Source: Fimbriosthenelais zetlandica (taxonomy: Eukaryota). Taken from it: a stretch of 64,000 bases of DNA. The stretch covers positions 13,826,001 to 13,890,000 of the forward strand of contig OZ365116.1 of NCBI GenBank assembly GCA_977030845.1. The letters are read 5' to 3'. The notes beneath the pieces are model-generated. The model searched no databases. It was not told where the DNA came from and saw only the letters and a list, made by a program, of their open reading frames with translations. Below are positions 14,578-28,303 of the stretch, in pieces; the first letter of the stretch is position 1, and each line of letters begins with the position of its first letter. Both the position numbers and the translations under genes were made by a program.

Positions 14578-17500
14578 TGCTGTTAATAGTTTTCATTGTT
14601 TTCTTGATTGCTTCTTCTACTATTGAGCCTGGGGGGATAATTTCCTCTCCTCTTTTAATGATGGGACACTCCATTATTGTCCTATTGTATCAGACCATTC
14701 TCTCCTCTCCTCCATTCCCAGATAGCATTCAAGCCTGGGTATCATGCAATTTATGTAATATAACACATTAATTTTGTCCTCATGTTAAGATACTTTCTAC
14801 AAGATACATGTATCTATTCATAAAACATCATAAGGGGTTGTAAAAATGTCTGAAACCACTCGAGAAAGGTGCAAATGCCTCTACCTTATGGGGGTTCAGC
14901 CTCTGTGGTCTTTTGTTTTGCTTGGAATATTAACCACGATTTATGAACCATACTGCATTATATTCTGGATAATATTTTCCACAAAATAAGTGCAAAACCA
15001 TTTTCTAGGAGTATGTAAAGTACATTTTACATATCTATAAGATAATATATCGTGTGATTGTGAATTATTGCGTCAGAATTATGGATGTCAAATGGATGAA
15101 CGCCCTATACTGTTTATCCCGCAGTTTGCAAAAGAAAACCCCGAATTGAGATTGAAATTTTAACAGATATAATTGGAAGCCATGCTCCTCCTTTGATACT
15201 AATGGATGCACTGTTTGCTCAGCGGCTGAAATTAGTTTACCTTTAGCAATGCTTTGTAATAACTGCCAAAATCTTTCTCTTGCCTCAGGCTGCTTTTTCA
15301 TGTTTTCACTAAAAGCATTCCGACACAAAATGAAAATGAAAGCCATTTTAGCCACATCTGGATATGGTGGCACTGTCACGAACCTAATTAGCACACTGAA
15401 AGGCCAATTCTCAGCTTCATTTGCAGTCAGTGGAAACCATGGCTTGTAGCGCCATTAAGTTCAGCCAACATTGTTGGCTTGAAGGCGAGCATATTGTATT
15501 TTGGGTATATTTTTGCTTTTAAAGATAATACTGAATTGGGTCATGTGCTAATTCAGGACATTAGTCTGATGAATTAGCTGTCAGAGTTTTCATGCATACC
15601 CGAACTTAACCCAGTTATAACCTGGCTCATTGAGATGAGGTGTAAACTGGGAGCATCACTTGTGACTTTTGCTGGCCTTTGGTATGCGATTTGCTGCAGC
15701 AAACTCAGAACACGCCCATTCATCAGTAAAACCTTATCTGCAAGTGACTTTTAACCCAGCAAACTGACATGTGAATCAACCCGAAAGAAAATTTTATTGC
15801 TTTTGCTCCTCTGATGGACGTTGGGTCGGCGAGGCTCTGGTAAATTGGACATTGCATTAAGGGAAGGGTTACATTGCCAAAATTTGCTGCTGCACCCGGT
15901 GTCATGTTCCTATTAAGTTGTGTCATGACACTCCATCAAAAGGGAAGTAGGAAATGACTTTGGACTGTTAAAGCGATGTGAGGCATTGCAGTGTGAGCAA
16001 AATGCGACCATGGCCCCTTGTGTGCATATGCTGGCAGCTTCTTTATTGTGGACTGGAGAATTGCCGGCATTTTTATCCATTACCTCAAAATGTGCTGAGA
16101 AAAGATTTGTTTAGTGAGGGAACATCAACTTGTCCTACCATTGGCCAACCGTCACTGCTTCCCCATTACTTCCCTGTGAAGAACTAGATTCATGTATGTT
16201 CATGTCATAAAGAAAGAAGACATTAGATTCTCTTTTATATATTTGTCTCGCTCTACAATGACATAATCAATCGAGCTATACTGGATGATTTATGTCTTTT
16301 ATCACAATTATGGAGTCATATTAAGCAGCTGTGGCATACTTTGTTTTAATGGTGCTTTCTCCTCTAAAGAAGCTGCTTATGATATGGTAGTTAGCAGCTG
16401 ACAGTTCCTGCTAATGTCAGAAAGACAAAAACACCCCGCTTTAAATGCGTCCATTAAGCACTAGCCGGATATTTAGCCAAGCATAAAACGGTTAGCTGCC
16501 AAGGTGGTTTCATTGGTTATGTATTTGCAAAGCCTATACGGAGGGATAGTCAGTCATGGGAGTAGGGATGGAAATTCAATCTGGGCAAGCCCCTATGCTA
16601 CTGAGTCAACGGATCGTATAGATCTTTTAAATCAAATATTAATGGACTGATATCGCATAGATGGACATTTTATTAGCCCAGGGGTAAACTGCCGGATTGT
16701 GTGGGCCCCATAAGATCATTTTTGAATGGCTTGTGAAAAAAAACAATGTTTCATGTTACTTCCATGAATGTATTAGGTTATAGTGTATGAATGGGCTTTG
16801 ATTAAATTGCCATTATGAAGCTTTTGAGAGGGAACTTCTTCGCCTTTTCATACAGAGTGAATGGACGGAAGTTTCAGTTTACTTCCGCCTTGCATTCATG
16901 ACTACCTTTTTAAACTGATGGGATAATGAGCCAATAGACTGATGATAATGACTTCAACTATCATCTTTTCCTTTTAGTTTAAAAGGTTAGACCTGATATA
17001 TGATAATTGTTCACAGTCCTTTCCTGGGGTCCTTTCTATTGAAGTGAACAAACAACCTGTATCAAAACATCCTTTCGTACCTCCATTGAGGTGAGGTAAA
17101 ATCTGTTTTTCCGGAATGGGAGATTTTACATTCGGGTCACAAGTGCATTCCCATTCCCAGTGGGATTGGCTATAAGATCGCTCCTTTTAGTTCTGGGGCC
17201 ATGAAAAGGGAAACACATTGCACCAGGGTGTTCCCAATGCCTGTGAACTTGCTTTAATGCCATGATTTAAGAGGGCAAGCTTAAAGCATGGATGGCTAAC
17301 CATCTATAAAAGCACCATTATTAATAAGTAGTATACACCCTGCTTTAAAATGGGTATAAAGTCTTATTATGATGCATTAACATGTTACATGTGTTCTACA
17401 TTAAGTGGAGTCATCAAACAAAGCATCACATTACTGTACTATAGCTGAGATAAGCAGCGGTTCTTCAAACATAATCAGAACTCCTCACCTCAGTTAGTCG

Positions 17501-20500
17501 AGGTTAGGTGAGGAGAGTTACAGAATACGAGCTTTGTTCCTTTTCTTGCATGTTACATGCATGAAATTGCTTCATCATTGTATAAGTTAATGCCAGAGTT
17601 CTCCCACACCGAGCTATACCCTTACATTCTATCATTCATGTCGCATATAATGAATGCATTGAATATCAAATATGATTGATATATCTCTGGACAATATGAT
17701 ACAATATGATAGAGTAATGAATTGTGTCCATCCACTTCATGTCTACTTATATTTATGAGCTCATAAAACCTTTAGTCACTGGTTATATGACAAGGTGTCT
17801 TATATGTGCTTGACCTAACACATATTGTCTGACCTGTGATGTGGATGAAATGAATCTATACCCCCCTCTCTCCCCAGCGCTGCTAGGCGCAGGACAAGTG
17901 AACAAAATCACGAGTCTAGCTAACTAAGATTTAGTAGACCTTCCAGGGTGGCCATGGGAATGTGAGCAGGCAAACTCTGGCAGAAAACAGTTCTTTCTGG
18001 GCATCTTGTTTGACAATCTTAATTACTGACGGTGTCACCTATTCGCCTGCCATTATCTACAATCTTTAGGGCACGCCACTGACTCACGAAAGCGAAAAAA
18101 TGTCCTTCCCATTGCTGGTCCACCTACTGTGGTTGATAGTGGGTTATTGGGGTGTCACCCGCTATGATTGATCAATGCAATTTCGCCCACGGCCAGCTGG
18201 ACTGACTGGTAGGGTGGGAATTTATGGTTCTGTATCAAAGCCAAATATTGTCCAGGCTTGAAGCCGAGCTTGTGTGATGAGCACTTGTTTTCTGGCTTGA
18301 TTTCATGGGTGAGGAATCTAAGATCTTGTAAGCAGATCTTGTCAAGATCAGTTGACAGAATGTCTTAAACATTGCCTCACCAAATGACAAGGTTATATCC
18401 ATTCGACCTTTCTGAATATGTTCCCAATCTATTCTAGAAATACTTTGTGAAATGTGTCAGCTAGACTATCCTGCTAATGGAATTAAACCTTTCACAAGCA
18501 TTCTTTGCAAGATTGTTCAGCCTTGAACGAGGGAGATTTTGCACTTGAATTGCCATTAATGGGGGTAGAGCCTTTACTGCTCCCTCGGTACTGAGCAGGT
18601 TCAATCTAGGTCATAATCCAGGTTTTCTCCCTGGACTGGATTGAATTTTAACCTTAATGTTCGGCAAGGGAACCACCATGTGATCATGTGTAATTGGAGA
18701 ATTAGAAAACAGTAAGCCAGGGGCACAAGAAACTGCTGCAAGCCTTCCTACCTCAATTCCCCATTCCTTTTTGCTACAATACTAATCGACTATATTCCAC
18801 ACAGACTTTAAATTGATGGCCACATGAAGCTTTGCTTTTGTATCAAGTCCCATAAGAAGGCAGTTGTCTTCCAAGTTACTTTCTCAGAGGAGAGATCAGC
18901 TTTTGTTGATGTTGATATTTACTCACAAAGTCCTGCTTCCTCCTCATAACAGCTTGCCTGGTATAAGTAAGAAAGAAGACCTCACCAAACATGCTGTTTC
19001 ACATCTGCCATTTTCCATTAAGTCAAAGCAAGTCAGTGAGAACATCAGTGATCCAATGGGGGAATGCATATAAGCAGGTGGATGGGGACAGCTGGAGGCA
19101 TGGCCAAACAAAGGCAGAACCAGATCAACTATCATAATAAAGTTAGGTCTTTCTGGGAGATTTTTTAATTACTTCTGGAGATGCTTCATAAGATGCGCTG
19201 GTATTGCTCTTCTCCTGTTGCAATGTGCACTCAAAATTTATCTTTGCAAATTATCCTGGGGCAGGTTTTGGTCCCTCCCAAATGCCATGACATTTTTCTC
19301 CCTGTGGGGACCCGGGGTGTTAAGAATAGGTCCTCAGCATTCCTCCTTGCTTCTCGTAAAAGGCGAGAAAATGGGGCATGTTTAGAGTGTGAATGCATAC
19401 GTGCTTTTATACCAGTTTTGTATTGGTTTGATGTGATGGTTAAATTTCTCTTGCCATGAAAATGGGCAGAGTTACCCACATTGAATAAAACCAATACTTT
19501 CCCTATTGTCAACCTAGACATCCACGTCGTAGTAGATATACAGTTCAAAGCTTCCTTGAGGAACCAAAGGAAATTCCCGTTCGATCAGTCATGATTTTTC
19601 CTTTGAAATGTAGCAAAAATAAATCTCTTCTTTAGACGGCTGAGCTTTCCGCCCCTGCTATCTTTACACCTGTTAGTTTGATTTAGAGGGTCACTACCTC
19701 TGTCTAAACCCCCATACTACCATGGCGATACTGTGAGATATGCTACAATGGGTCTGGACATAGTGCTTGTGGCTTCTATGGCAGGTCTAGCGTCAATAAT
19801 GGTTAAAGGCTGCCTCGCGCCTTATTGCTGGGCTAGATGGTGGCCATGACTATACAATAATGGCATCATGACTGGGTGAAAAACCACAGCTAAGTGATGG
19901 ACGGGCCAATGGGCAATGTGTTTACGCCACAACCGACCAACCTTTAGAAGGGAACAATATTGAAACAAGTAGTTGCCAAAATCCGTGCCCCTATTTTGTT
20001 TGATGACTGGTAGCTTAATAAGGCACTAGATCAACCGAATGGGTCACCATTTTGTATCTAGATTGATTTGATCTAGAATGAAGTCATGTACTCTCAGAAA
20101 CTTGGAATTTTAAAATATTTTTTATACTTTTTATACTATCATATCTAAAATGAAATGATGTATTTTCATAAACTGCGAATTCTTGATACTACCATTTCAA
20201 ACTAAGGTTGAATATACATGGACTTGAAGTGTTAATAGGTCACCAGTCCCTGTTGGTTTGTCACGTTTGAAGCATTCAGGAATACACCAATGGTGACCAG
20301 TACAAGTGTGAAGGTTGAAGCCACATCTCGCCCCCACCTGCCCACGGGGACCTTACATTGAAATATTCATCTAGGTTCTCCTGAGGTGGTCAGAGAGTGT
20401 GGAGTGAAGGTCCAGTACTAGCTACACGACTGTGGTTTATCTGACACTGATATATGTCTACAAATTCACATGCTGTCATGTACAGAACATGGCCAGGGTC

Positions 20501-22018
20501 TACCGTCATTTATCTTCTTCACTCGCCATATCAGACTTTTCATCATATAGCTTTCCCATGGTTTTCATTACATACCGAGGTCCCCCCTTACCGACCAAGA
20601 TTCTGTTGTATCTACACAAAAGTAGTTCTATATTGTGCCAAGGCCTAACAGATCTTGGCACTGAGTTATAAATTCCTAAATCTCCTAAGAGTTCCTTCGT
20701 CGATTCTGTTTTACTTCAGTTGAAATCAGCGATAGAGAACATTGAGTGATGGAGTGAAAGCCAAGCGTGACTTTGATCCGTTTTGCTCATCCTGAAAATG
20801 TGAGGAACAGTGGAAGAACCAACAGCCGAATCGATTTCTCGAGATTACCTTTTGCCAAAACCATTATGTTTGTCCATAAATCTAGTTTCGAATCTGATTT
20901 TTTTCTGCCTTTCTTTCTAGGGAACAACTTGGTGAACTGACAGTGTTCAAATTTGAACATTTAGCAATCTTGTTTGGTTAATTGGCTGTCATGGAGTTTT
21001 GGAGAAGTAGCGGAAATAGGATAGGGGATAATGCGGCAGAGTTTATGCTGTGAAATTGGCGATCAATAGAGAAACCCACACCTACAATATTGATAGGGAC
21101 GTGGCACATCTCCTGCGTCTATTTGTCTTGTGCCTGCCACTGAGACTTGGCCTAAAGAAGCCATGTACTGAGTCCATGAGGCAAGCATGGAAATGGGTTA
21201 AAATGGATGCATTCTGCTAGAGATAGCAGTTCACCTTAGTACTCACCTTATGACAACAAGAAATAATATCTCAGTTAAATTGTCCAGATCCAATCTTCTT
21301 ACTGATGAAGGCATTCAATCTGATCTAATAAAGAGGTTACGTTGACGAAAATCCTCCAATTCCAGATAACCTTATGAATGATAAGCATGGCTGATGGATG
21401 GCTTATGGTGTTGATCGTTTAACCCTGGTATCTCTCAGTCATTATAGGATCTGTAGTAGATAGCAGCTGGTCAGGTCAGACATTATCACCCATCCTAATC
21501 TCTCACCTTCCGCCCACAAAATACTTAACGATCTTTAAATCCGCCTCATCATTACATTTACTGCCTCTAAGAGGCCTACATCTGTCATAAGATGGTAGTT
21601 GACTGTCTTTATCATCCATAGCCTCCATTTCAGACCATCTGAGGGTCTTTTTCCCATGACTTATGGAGTCTTCTACCTGCTGTTGTGTCAGGGGAATGTA
21701 AAATCCAGTATTCATGGAGAGGACAACATTCTCTCTCTTCCAGCTCAAATATATGTGATGGTTTGGCTGCCGTCTTGTGACTGTCACATTGATGGGTTCG
21801 CTTTGTGACACCTCATTCCCCAGTTGACTCATTATACCTTCCACCCTGCCATCCAGGTGTTATCATCTCCCCATGGGGGTCCTCAGGAAGGTCAAATATC
21901 AAGTGTGAAAAAGTATCTCTAGGGAAAGACATAAAAAACGTTGTTCCTCTTTTCTGTCATCCTCCCGTTCTCGATCCTCTTTCTGGCTTATAGTATACCA
22001 GCTAATGTACATACCAGA

Positions 22019-22260
22019 CAGAGTTCCCAATTACTCTGGAAATCAGGGAAAACCTGGAAAATGAGTTTCATTTTTTCCATACAGGGAATTTAAGAAAAAA
22101 AGGGAAAACTCAGGGAATTTCAACACTGACTCTGAAGGATAATCTTTCGGAGATAGACGCATACAATCCCATGCCCACCTATGAAGTTCAGGGTGCTTCA
22201 TATGACTAAAATATCTCCTGGAATTTAAGGCTTTACCCAGGGAAAAATCATGGAAAACTT
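22019..22260. mobile_element. Degenerate hAT-like non-autonomous element fragment
   Basis: Begins CAGAGTTCCCA, resembling a CAGGGTTCCCA terminus, and carries repeated CAGGGAA motifs (22044, 22082, 22111, 22238) plus CTGGAAA/CATGGAAA variants. No matching right TIR or TSD found. Confidence 0.45.
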
Positions 22261-25200
22261 AGAGAGATCATCTACAGTTGGCGGTGGACATTTTAGAGTT
22301 GAATCGTAACCAAGTTGACTTAAGGAAGGTCCACGGGCAGTGATTCAATGCAAAATTGGCTTGATGTAACAGTTTCGCAGAGTATCGCTGCCCATGGCCC
22401 GCCCCCACTGAACCGATAGCTGTCACAACCAATCGTTATACCATGAATATTAATAGATTCCACCATCGATTGGCGAATTAAGACAATGAATATTAATTGC
22501 TTTTCAATGTTTCATCTCCGTTTCATTAGCTCTTGTTTTAATATTGTGTCCAACACAAACCTTGACATTGATTGTATTTGAGGTGCTTGTGCGTTACAAT
22601 GCAATGAATGTTGACCCATTCCCCCATTCTGCTGTACTTGCAACTCTTAAAAATCTCTGCTTAAAAAGTCTTCATCTAAGACAAAAGGGCTCTGTATGAA
22701 AGGAAATAATGGAAGGTCATATCGTTGATGAAATGCACTGAACGAGTTATTGTCTTCTACTGTTTCAAGCTGGCATTTCTTGAGCAAAAGTGTCTGTCTT
22801 CAAAACCTCTGGAAGGAGAAACAGCCATATTAAAACAAATAGAAAAAAACCATTATTTGTTGAGGGCTATTGTCACTGATATTACATAGTGACATTTCTC
22901 ATTGTGCTTTTGAAGGGTGTAATTTCCTTCTGTTGCTCCTCATACGTTTTTATTGACCTGATTCATTTACATGTAAATGTACGTTTAATTGAGTACATTG
23001 TACCATGATAGAGAAATCGAATTGCTGCCTTGTTTGCAAAAATATTTATGCTGATTTCTATTGACACAAAACCAAACATTTGGGAATTTGCTCTGTTTGT
23101 GGCCTATTTGCCCATCTGGCCGCGTGTTTAGATATGGGATATTGATAAGTACATGTTGACACTATCAGTACAAACAGGCAGATCAGGGTTACCTGCCTGT
23201 GTCAGGAGAATTCAATGATCACAGAATGTCCCCAACCCAAATACATCCATTCATCATGTGTATTCAGATCAATTTGTCTCTGTATCACATCAGAGATGAT
23301 AGGATAAAAACGAGCCACATGTATACTGAATAACATAAGAGAAGTGGACGTTCAACTGGGGAATTAAATTGATTGAATTAATTTTCCACCAACCCCTAAA
23401 CGCACGGAGCACAGCTGCCATGCCCTGCCACTTAAAGTAGTCCTCCTGAATAAAAAGACATTTCAATAAATGGAATGTAAAAATAACCCCTTGTGGCTGA
23501 CTCCCAATTCTGGTTTCTCACTGGCCTTGGCTTGAGGATAGAGCACAACTTTATGTCCAAATGAAATCCTAATTACTAGATGGAATACATTTTTGATACT
23601 GGCTGAGAGCTGGCTGAGAAAAAACTTGAACACAATAGAATTTAGTTTTCATCTCAGTTGGTAGAGTACTCAGACATTTTGATCCCTCGTCCTTCTTGCA
23701 TGTGACAATCTCTGATTGGGTGCCAAGTTGTCAACCCCACAAACAGTTATCTCTCAACCAAGGTCCTGGCCCTGTACATTAAATACCCCATACATCCCCA
23801 CCTTACCCCACCCACCCCCAATCAAACTCAAGGTCCACACACTTACTTGTTAAACCCATCTGTAATTTAAAGTTTCATTTACTTCTGACATGCTAAGGGT
23901 ATAGCAAAGGCCTTCCATAGAGGACCTTGGGGCAATTGACTGGGACCAAGTTCTTTGGCTGTCAGGTTTGTTTAGACCTCTCTGTGACTATTGCTGTAGG
24001 GCTTCGTCTCAGCTCGGGTTTGGAGGGGCTTGAAGTTTATGGAAGTGCTCTTTAAGAATTCCCTGAAAGCCTCGTCCTTGAGACTAGGTAAAACCTGACA
24101 CGTTAATACCATGAAAGGCTGGCCTTCCATTATTCCAGTGAAATTGCAATTTCCCCGTTTATCCCATTGCCTGAAGAATGTTCACAGAAGCGGGGAATGA
24201 ATTTGATGGTTGCACTTTGCCTGAACACTGTTGATATGATTTTCTTTCATCCTTTGACATGTCGACATGTATGAGTTTTTTTTTCAATATGACATTGAAG
24301 CGTTAACCCTTATCAATCACTCAAGTCGCACACAATCATCCTTCAGCTTTACCTCCATTGCTGCCAGCCTGTAAGTCACCTTTGTGCACTCACGCCCTTT
24401 GCTCATGTCAGCCACATTGCAATTTGTTCATCTATTATTGTGAATATCCCTGCAGCAAACAAAAGAGCAGAACCCAACAATGGGAATCTGTGCCGAGGGC
24501 CAGGCAGGACAAGGGATACTTGGGTGTTATATTCTTCCAACTCTTATTCTCCTCATATTCTCTTGGTAAAGTCTCATATACTCTTGGTATGATACACTGT
24601 GGAAGTGAATTGTGAGGAATATTTCCACATGTTGTATTCTTGGTTTGCTATTCTCTGATTATTGCTGAGGGCCTGGATGTTGAATCATTGACAACACATA
24701 TAGTCCAGATTGCTACAGCAGCATTGCCATCAGCGATGTATTGTCCGCGAACAGCACTTTTCGGATGAAAAAGGGTTAACCTTGTCCCTATATTCTACCT
24801 ACTCCATATACATGTCAATGTGGCTAATGATCGAGGCATTTTCACAATTACCCAATGTGTTGCCTGGTAACACTCAGCATAATATGGATAATTGAATACT
24901 CCCAGTGCCATAATTGAATGCCCTCGACGAGGAAAACTTTATATCAACATTATTTGTATTATAATGACATTAAAAAGCATTATAAGGCTAAATGGTACTT
25001 TATTGTAGGGCATATTTTCAGTGGGGGAAACTTTGCCATCGTAGCTGGAAGCATTTAATGGTGGATAAAGCATTTAAATAGCCTTTCACGGGGCCTCTGT
25101 CCCGAGGGGAGTGGACTTAGAAAGGTTTCCGAGGGTGATCCCCAACTCTACTGGGGAATTATTGGAGGGTTTTAACTATTGGAAGGACAAGAGGAGAGAG

Positions 25201-26432
25201 AGTGATGGATGGTTTAATCTCTGACAGAGACATGACTCTGTAGACCTGGAAAAGAGAAGCTTTATTAGAGAAGGCAAGGAGATAAGTCTTACTGAGCTGA
25301 GCTATCAATAATTCACTGACCAATGAGAAGCATCGTCAGATAACACTACCAAAGCCCTTTATACTCTTAGCCGTATTACTATTTTTATTAAATGCTAAAA
25401 TAACATAAAGAAATTCAGATTTTGAGAATTTCTCCAGGCAAAAATCTCAGGCTGAGTCAGTGACGCATTCTGTTATGATAGGAAATCACAGCTTTTTCCA
25501 ATTTGGAAACTTTGGAAAAGTTTTTGGGAAAAAATACTCTTGAAGCATGAGTGTAGTATTTTGGATTGGCCATGCGCTTGCCAAGATTTGGGTGTGTGTG
25601 TGTGGTTCGTGCTTTATGCACAGAGTCAGGCTCCTTTGATATTGATACAATCGATCCACATCTAAGAGTTTGCCCAGTGTTGGATAAACTTGCACGCCAC
25701 CAGAATTCTCTTGTTTTATATAATAGAGAAAAAACATATCTTGGTTTAGGGTATTGATGGGTTTAAACCTTCAATGTTCATTGACCAGTATGTTTCATGT
25801 CCCAAACCCTTGTTGAGAATTAAAAATAGCCCACATTCTTAAATAGGCTTTGCGTATTGCGCTCATAAAAATGCATTAAACCCTCCTCCATTTGCTTGTT
25901 TTCTGACACGCAAAGCGCGCTCAAACAGGGAAATAATTGTTCCTTGTTGATAAAAGTGCCTAGTTATTTGATTGAGAGGATATTATTTCCCACACGAGCA
26001 AATACGAACAGATTATATTATTAATCAGTGTAGAAAAAGAAAACAGAAAAATGAGACCGAATTGGCCGGGGAAAGTAAATATTTCTCCAGGGGATAAAAG
26101 AAATTTGATATAATGAAGGGAGGCTCTGGGTGTGAGTGGTAGAGGAGGATGGTGGTGGATGGTACTAATCCACCATAACGAGGCTGATTATACTCGGTCT
26201 ATTGATGTATTATATAGAACCCTCCACCACTCAATCTACTCCCATCACGGTCCTCTCTCAACCAACACGTGTCACCATTTATCATCTATCATATACCCTC
26301 TTTAATTTATCATTTATCACGCTTCATCATTGACTAAACCACCAAAAAGCTGGTCAAGTTTCACTGGAGTTTTTTCTATTGAACCAAAAAAAACATTTAT
26401 TGAGATCTTAGAGTAAAATCATTTTACTCTAA

Positions 26433-26659
26433 AGCGCCTTCTACACTACACCGATCTTTGGTGCGATTTCATGATCTTAACGGTCTCATCAGATCAAATT
26501 TAAGTAAGATTACAAATCGACATAATGTGTATGAAGATAAGATCGGGATGATTCTCTCATAGATCCGTGCATATCAGATCTGATGCGATTTGGGGGCAGA
26601 TCTTGCATATCAGATTTCAATCTGATCAGATCATAAATCGGTATAGTGTAGAAGGCGCT
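26433..26659. mobile_element. PIF/Harbinger-type MITE (227 bp)
   Basis: 23-bp TIRs AGCGCCTTCTACACTA(C/T)ACCGAT with 1 mismatch; TAA target duplication on both sides (26430-26432, 26660-26662); interior rich in AGATC/GATCT motifs. Confidence 0.88.
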
Positions 26660-27845
26660 TAAGGTGAGATATACCTGGGAGTTTTTATGATAAAATGTTT
26701 TGTCTCTCTCTCTTATCTCACGCCACTTTCCTCTGACTTTCTTTCCCTCTGTGCGCGTCTTACCCCTGCCTACACCTCCACCCATTTCCCGTCGTCCCCT
26801 TTCTCTCTCCGCGCCATCCTTCCTGCCATCTTTGTGTGAGTATCGGGGGAGCCTGGAGCTCCGTCATTAAGGACCTAACACGCGCTCAATCTGATTACTC
26901 TCACTGGTTTTTCCCTCTGGATTATCTCCCACATAGACCTGCCTTGTTCCTGCCCGGGGAGAGAGAGGACTATACTTGGCCTAGAAGCTTATACTACCAT
27001 CTGTATGTACACCCCGACTCAACCACCTCTGCTCCCCCCCCTCCTCCCAAAGGCACACACAAAATTCACTTTATACCTTGTCAAATCGTTTTAGAGATTT
27101 TTATGTTGTTTCATACAAATATGCCTGATATCTTATGCAAGTTACAAGAAGTTTTTATGGTTGCTTGCCGAGTTTTTTTATGATTATGTACACATTGCCA
27201 GATTGAGTAGCAACCAACCCATTTCTTATATCTTTTATCTCCCTATATATGTATGTATTATGTATCAGGCTGGGGTCCCATATGAGCGTCTGGAGGAATA
27301 AATACCTGGAGGGCCAATTTGTGGAGGACATATTGTTACTGTATTCACAGAATGTATACAGCTCTTGATGTCTGCCTTAAGGCTCTGACGAGTCGTTAGC
27401 TTATTGCCATTAAAAAACATCATAGTGAGTTCTATCAACTGATGCTCCAACCATGTAAGGTGCATTTATAAATGGAGCCCTGATTTTAATCCGTCACCTA
27501 GCGTCTACTTGGTGGGAGGTCCGATAGGGTAGTGGAGGATGTTCATTGACTAATCAGGGAACATTAAATCCTGATAGTTTTATAGTTAAGTCGTTCTTTC
27601 TCGTGGATATTCCGAGGGAGAGCTCAGAATAATGTCTGCTATGTGTTACTAGACAGTGTCTAGGTAGAGAATAGTTGGAGCTCAGTACTTGTGGATCTGC
27701 CAGCAGCTGTGTTAATTATGAGAGAACAATAGCTTCAAGTATTGTGAGCATAGTTATTCTGTGACATATATTGTGTTTATGTGAAGGCATTGTGGAAGAA
27801 AAGTTATTAAAAACATTTAAAGTCCAGTCTGCATAGCAGGAGCTA

Positions 27846-28010
27846 TGGAAAGAAGAAATGAAGAGAGAAAAAAGGGAAGAAAGAAAGAGGGATTGAAGTA
27901 GAGGAGAGAGACAGACAGACAGACAGAGACAGGGAGAAGAAATGAGAAGAGAAAAAGAATAAGGGGAAAGAGGGATTGAAGTAAAGGAGAGAAAGAAAGA
28001 AAGAAAGAGA
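27846..28010 (+). repeat. Polypurine (GA-rich) low-complexity tract
   Basis: Near-continuous A/G tract containing GAGA, AGAC and GAAA microsatellite units. Confidence 0.9.
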
Positions 28011-28223
28011 GGCTGGGAATGTGATGATAAAGTTCATTGAACTGCTGTTTATCGCCTGTAGGCCTGCCGTAGGTTCTGCGTCTTATTATGAGACATTATT
28101 AAATACAGACGTGAAGTATTATGTCTCGCCTTAAACTGATTATTCTTCAGTGGAGTATAAACTGGTCGGCGGGGACGGGTAAAAGCCTCGGGTTGTTGAC
28201 ACACCTGTCTCCTCGCCACTATT

Positions 28224-28303
28224 CCCCCTCTCCTCCCCCTCCATCTCTCCCCCTCTCCTCCCCCTCCATCTCCCCCTCCCCTCCCCCTCCATCTCTCCCC
28301 CTC
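28224..28303 (+). repeat. Polypyrimidine tandem repeat, ~25-bp unit x3
   Basis: CCCCCTCTCCTCCCCCTCCATCTCT units; the minus strand has repeated G5 runs. Confidence 0.9.

Noticed and set aside
14120-14771. ORFs overlapping the 14.1-14.6 kb MITE as a transposase
   Set aside because: They arise from GC-rich repeats; no DDE or BED-finger motifs.
17479-17520. CTCCTCACCT/AGGTGAGGAG hairpin as a pre-miRNA
   Set aside because: About 12-bp stem in 41 nt, too short for a Drosha/Dicer precursor.
20016-20080. TAAGGCAC (miR-124 seed) at the start of a CTAGATCAA/TTGATCTAG stem
   Set aside because: The rest does not match miR-124, it would be on the wrong arm, and the fold is asymmetric with only about 9 bp of stem.
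23640-23690. tRNA or tRNA-SINE head (CTCAGTTGGTAGAG A-box-like); similar weak case at ~35080-35140
   Set aside because: No intact B box at proper spacing and no cloverleaf.
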